Shown here one piece after another: positions 61,274 to 64,000 of a stretch of DNA of 64,000 bases (its first letter is position 1; each line of letters opens with the position of its first letter). A model generated the notes under the pieces. It was not told where the DNA came from. It searched no databases and worked only from the letters and a program-made list of their open reading frames with translations. Position numbers and translations under genes: made by a program. This DNA comes from Nannocystis bainbridge. Its GTDB lineage: Bacteria; Myxococcota_A; Polyangia; Nannocystales; Nannocystaceae. The DNA lies in NCBI RefSeq assembly GCF_028368995.1, contig NZ_JAQNDL010000003.1:960001-1024000 (forward strand). The letters are read 5' to 3'.

Positions 61274-61511
61274 AAGTCCGCTTGAGCAGCACGAGGCGGA
61301 TCGCTACGGCCCGACCACTGGGTCCGCACCCATCGAGATCCGGATCGGCTGCGATGGCGCGTTCACGCTGACGGGCTTCCCGAGCGACGAATGGGTCGAC
61401 GACGGCTGATGATCATTGCCAGCGCGCCGCGTCCTGATGGCTCTGGCTAACACCGTTCAGAGCGCAAGCCGCCTTGTGAAGCCCATCTCCCTGTGTTGAT
61501 GTTTCCGAGTC

Positions 61512-62870
61512 ATGATCGCCCTCGTCCCCCTCGCGCGCCCTGCCGAGGTCCTGCTCTGGGCCGCCCCGCTCCCGGGCGAGTCCGAGTTTGTCCTCGAAGA
61601 CCCGCTCGCGCTCGACTATCTCGGCCAGCAGCTCGGCTATTTCCTCCTCCCGGCGCTCACGACCCGCAGCGGCCAGGCGCAGTACTTTGCCCTGGTCCTC
61701 TACGGCCTCGACCTCGCCGAGCGTGCCCTCAAGGAATACGGCCTGCCCGATGACGATGACGAGCGCCGTCGGCTGTTCGAACGGTGGGAACGGCTATGGG
61801 CGCTCGCCACCCTCGAGTCCCGCAACGGCTCGCTCGGCCGCGGTCACCCCGACGCCATGCGCGGCGCTCGTGGCGTCAGCAAGACCTGGTTCTCCGGCGA
61901 CAAGCCGCTCCCGCGCGACTACCCGCTCATCTCCCGCCAGAGCGAGCTGGGCGGCCTCGGCGCGTACCTCGTCCCGCTCCGCGACCTCGGCCTCGTCTAC
62001 CCCGGCAGCTTGCGGATCACCCCGGCCGCCACCCCGATCGTCGACGCCTTCTGGGGCGAGCCCGGCACCACGCACATGCAGCGCTTCGACAACTGGGCGC
62101 TGCACGTGCTCGCGCCGGCCACCAGTCGCATCGAGCGCAAGTTCCAGAATTTCCGCCTCGCCACCCTCGGCGAGCGCTCGCGCCTGACCAGCATCCTCGG
62201 CCGCAGGCCCCAGCAGGATCGAATCTTCGAGGCCGTCGTCGAGCGCGCCCCGCCGCCGAGCCTCGCCGTCGCCCGCCTCGTCGAGCGGGCGACCCGGCTC
62301 GATATCCACGATCCGCGCGACGTGCTCCTCGCCATGCTCGCTGGTCGCTGCGGCCCCGTCGACGCTCCACTGCGGGACTTGCTCGGCCTCGCCCTCGCCT
62401 TTGGCGACACCGCCGTCGCCGTACGCGACTGCTTCGACACCATCTACACCGACATCACCGACGCCGGCTTCATCGCCGCGCGCGCCCGCATCGTCGGCCA
62501 GTCGCTCACGACCGAACGCCTGGACAACCTCCGCCGCGCCACTGCGGCCCTGCTCGCCGCCCCCGAGCTCGCGCGTCTGCAGCGACTGCCGATGCACGGC
62601 CGCGTCTTCCTCCGCCTCGCCGAGGATCTCTCCGGCGCCACGCCCGACGCCGTCCTCGACCACATCCTCGCCTTCCACCGCCGCGTCCAGCGCGAGCGCA
62701 CCACCGGCGACAGCTGGATCGCCCATGACGGCGGCGACCTCAGAATCGCCCAGACCCGCTACACCGGCCACCGCTTCGAGGCCCGCTTCCCCGCCTTCAA
62801 GCTCAACATCGTCCGCAACCTGCTCGAAACGACAGGCCGTCTCCCCGCCACGAACGGAGCGCCGCAATGA
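61512..62870 (+). CDS. Hypothetical protein (DUF6361-like N-terminus), probable defence gene
   Basis: EDPLAL..LLPALTTRSGQAQYF; GAYLVPLRDLGL; LNIVRNLLETTG. Confidence 0.65.
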   Translation: MIALVPLARPAEVLLWAAPLPGESEFVLEDPLALDYLGQQLGYFLLPALTTRSGQAQYFALVLYGLDLAERALKEYGLPDDDDERRRLFERWERLWALATLESRNGSLGRGHPDAMRGARGVSKTWFSGDKPLPRDYPLISRQSELGGLGAYLVPLRDLGLVYPGSLRITPAATPIVDAFWGEPGTTHMQRFDNWALHVLAPATSRIERKFQNFRLATLGERSRLTSILGRRPQQDRIFEAVVERAPPPSLAVARLVERATRLDIHDPRDVLLAMLAGRCGPVDAPLRDLLGLALAFGDTAVAVRDCFDTIYTDITDAGFIAARARIVGQSLTTERLDNLRRATAALLAAPELARLQRLPMHGRVFLRLAEDLSGATPDAVLDHILAFHRRVQRERTTGDSWIAHDGGDLRIAQTRYTGHRFEARFPAFKLNIVRNLLETTGRLPATNGAPQ

Positions 62871-64000
62871 CGAAACGATCCGCCCCCCCGCGGCGCACCG
62901 CCCTCGAATGTCTCGAGAGCCAGGAGCCCTGCCTCGGCGCCGTCTTCTGCTCCTATACCTTCGACCCGATCTTCTTCGAGTCGCACGTCCTGCGCACGAT
63001 CCTCAAGCTGCAGAGCGATCCCGACGAACAGCTCCCCGACTTCCTGCGCGAGGGTCTAAAGGCGCTCCAGGGCGTTCCGGTCGCCTGTTTCGTGGACGCC
63101 GATGCCCGCACACCCGGCCAGCGCCTCCCCTACGACCTTCGTCTCATCTCCGCTCGCGTCTTCCACCCCAAGCTCGCCCTGCTCGTCCACAACGATCACG
63201 CGAACCTGCTCCTTGGGTCTGGCAACCTCACGCGTGGTGGCTACGGCGACAACACCGAACTGTGGTTCCCCCGCAAGCTCCGCTACAGCGACGCGAACGA
63301 CGTCGCTGCCTTGCGCGCGCTACTCGGCTTCCTGGGCGGCGTCGAGGCCCTCGCTGGCGCACCGAGCCCGCAGCTCGCCCTCGTCCGCACCAGCCTCACC
63401 GCTCGCCTCGCTACCGCCCCCGCCCAGGCCGACGCCCGCACCTTCCACGTCCTGCACTCCCTGCAGGCCCCGCTGCTCCCGGCCTTCCTCGAGCTCGTCC
63501 CGCGCGACGCGGAGATCCTCCAGCTCGGCGTGCTCGCGCCATTCTTCGAGCGCGACGATCAGCAGGCTGCCGAACTCGAACAGGTCCAATCACTCGTCAG
63601 CTACATCCTCGCCGCTCGCAACAGCCACAAGGCCGAGCTCCACCTTGGCTTCGGCTGGCAGGGCGGCCCGCTTGGTCCCCCGGCTATTGTCCCCGCGCTC
63701 GAGCAGAGAGTCGGCCAGCTCTGGGTCCATCGCACGCCCGGCGATCCGCCGACCATCGAGTACTTCATCCCGCTCAAGTGCACCGCCAAGACGGTCCGCT
63801 ACCTCGACCACCGGCTGAAAGAGCGCTCGTGGTCCCGCGAGGACGCCGACGAGGCCCACGCCGCGCGTCAGCTCTATCCGGCCGCCCCGCCGGTCGCCAA
63901 CGGTCCCGCGCGGATCGTCGAGGCGCTCGCCAGTCAACGCGAGCTGCGGACCTGGCTCCTGCCGACCCTCCGCTTCGACGATGACCGCCCGGTGCGCCGC
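62867..64000 (+). CDS. Phospholipase-D-superfamily (HKD-variant) protein, 3'-truncated by window
   Basis: ATGA overlap; SYTFDPIFFE, VFHPKLALL..LGSGNLTRGG..NTELW, LAPFF; open to the window end and absent from the ORF track. Confidence 0.8.
   Translation, partial: MTKRSAPPRRTALECLESQEPCLGAVFCSYTFDPIFFESHVLRTILKLQSDPDEQLPDFLREGLKALQGVPVACFVDADARTPGQRLPYDLRLISARVFHPKLALLVHNDHANLLLGSGNLTRGGYGDNTELWFPRKLRYSDANDVAALRALLGFLGGVEALAGAPSPQLALVRTSLTARLATAPAQADARTFHVLHSLQAPLLPAFLELVPRDAEILQLGVLAPFFERDDQQAAELEQVQSLVSYILAARNSHKAELHLGFGWQGGPLGPPAIVPALEQRVGQLWVHRTPGDPPTIEYFIPLKCTAKTVRYLDHRLKERSWSREDADEAHAARQLYPAAPPVANGPARIVEALASQRELRTWLLPTLRFDDDRPVRR

Overview
High-GC, gene-dense bacterial window. Myxococcus-type Cys-rich repeats, several Ser/Thr kinases, FHA proteins and lipoproteins point to a myxobacterium, probably Nannocystis-like (inference). 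About 50 real CDSs; most other ORFs in the track are high-GC antisense or out-of-frame shadows. Content: PP2C phosphatase, solute symporter, Bcp peroxiredoxin, Trp dioxygenase/SolA next to a solitary FlhA/SctV homologue, two divergent desaturases, an ECF sigma locus and an Mla/MCE ABC operon. Further on are a kinase-VKOR/DsbA-OmpA-like-TlpA operon, three Cys-rich/DUF1554-like lipoproteins and a type ISP-like methyltransferase. A partial T6SS (tssB, tssC, hcp, clpV) is flanked by a kinase and two unusual FHA membrane proteins. A probable defence island starts at the right end: an IS3-interrupted CD-NTase-like pseudogene and a hypothetical + PLD-like pair. The most striking non-gene signal is a 14-bp palindrome, TGTCC-N4-GGACA. 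It forms arrays with a 14-bp period at convergent gene ends and also occurs inside coding sequences. No tRNA, rRNA or CRISPR array was seen. All calls come from reading motifs by eye; no searches were run.
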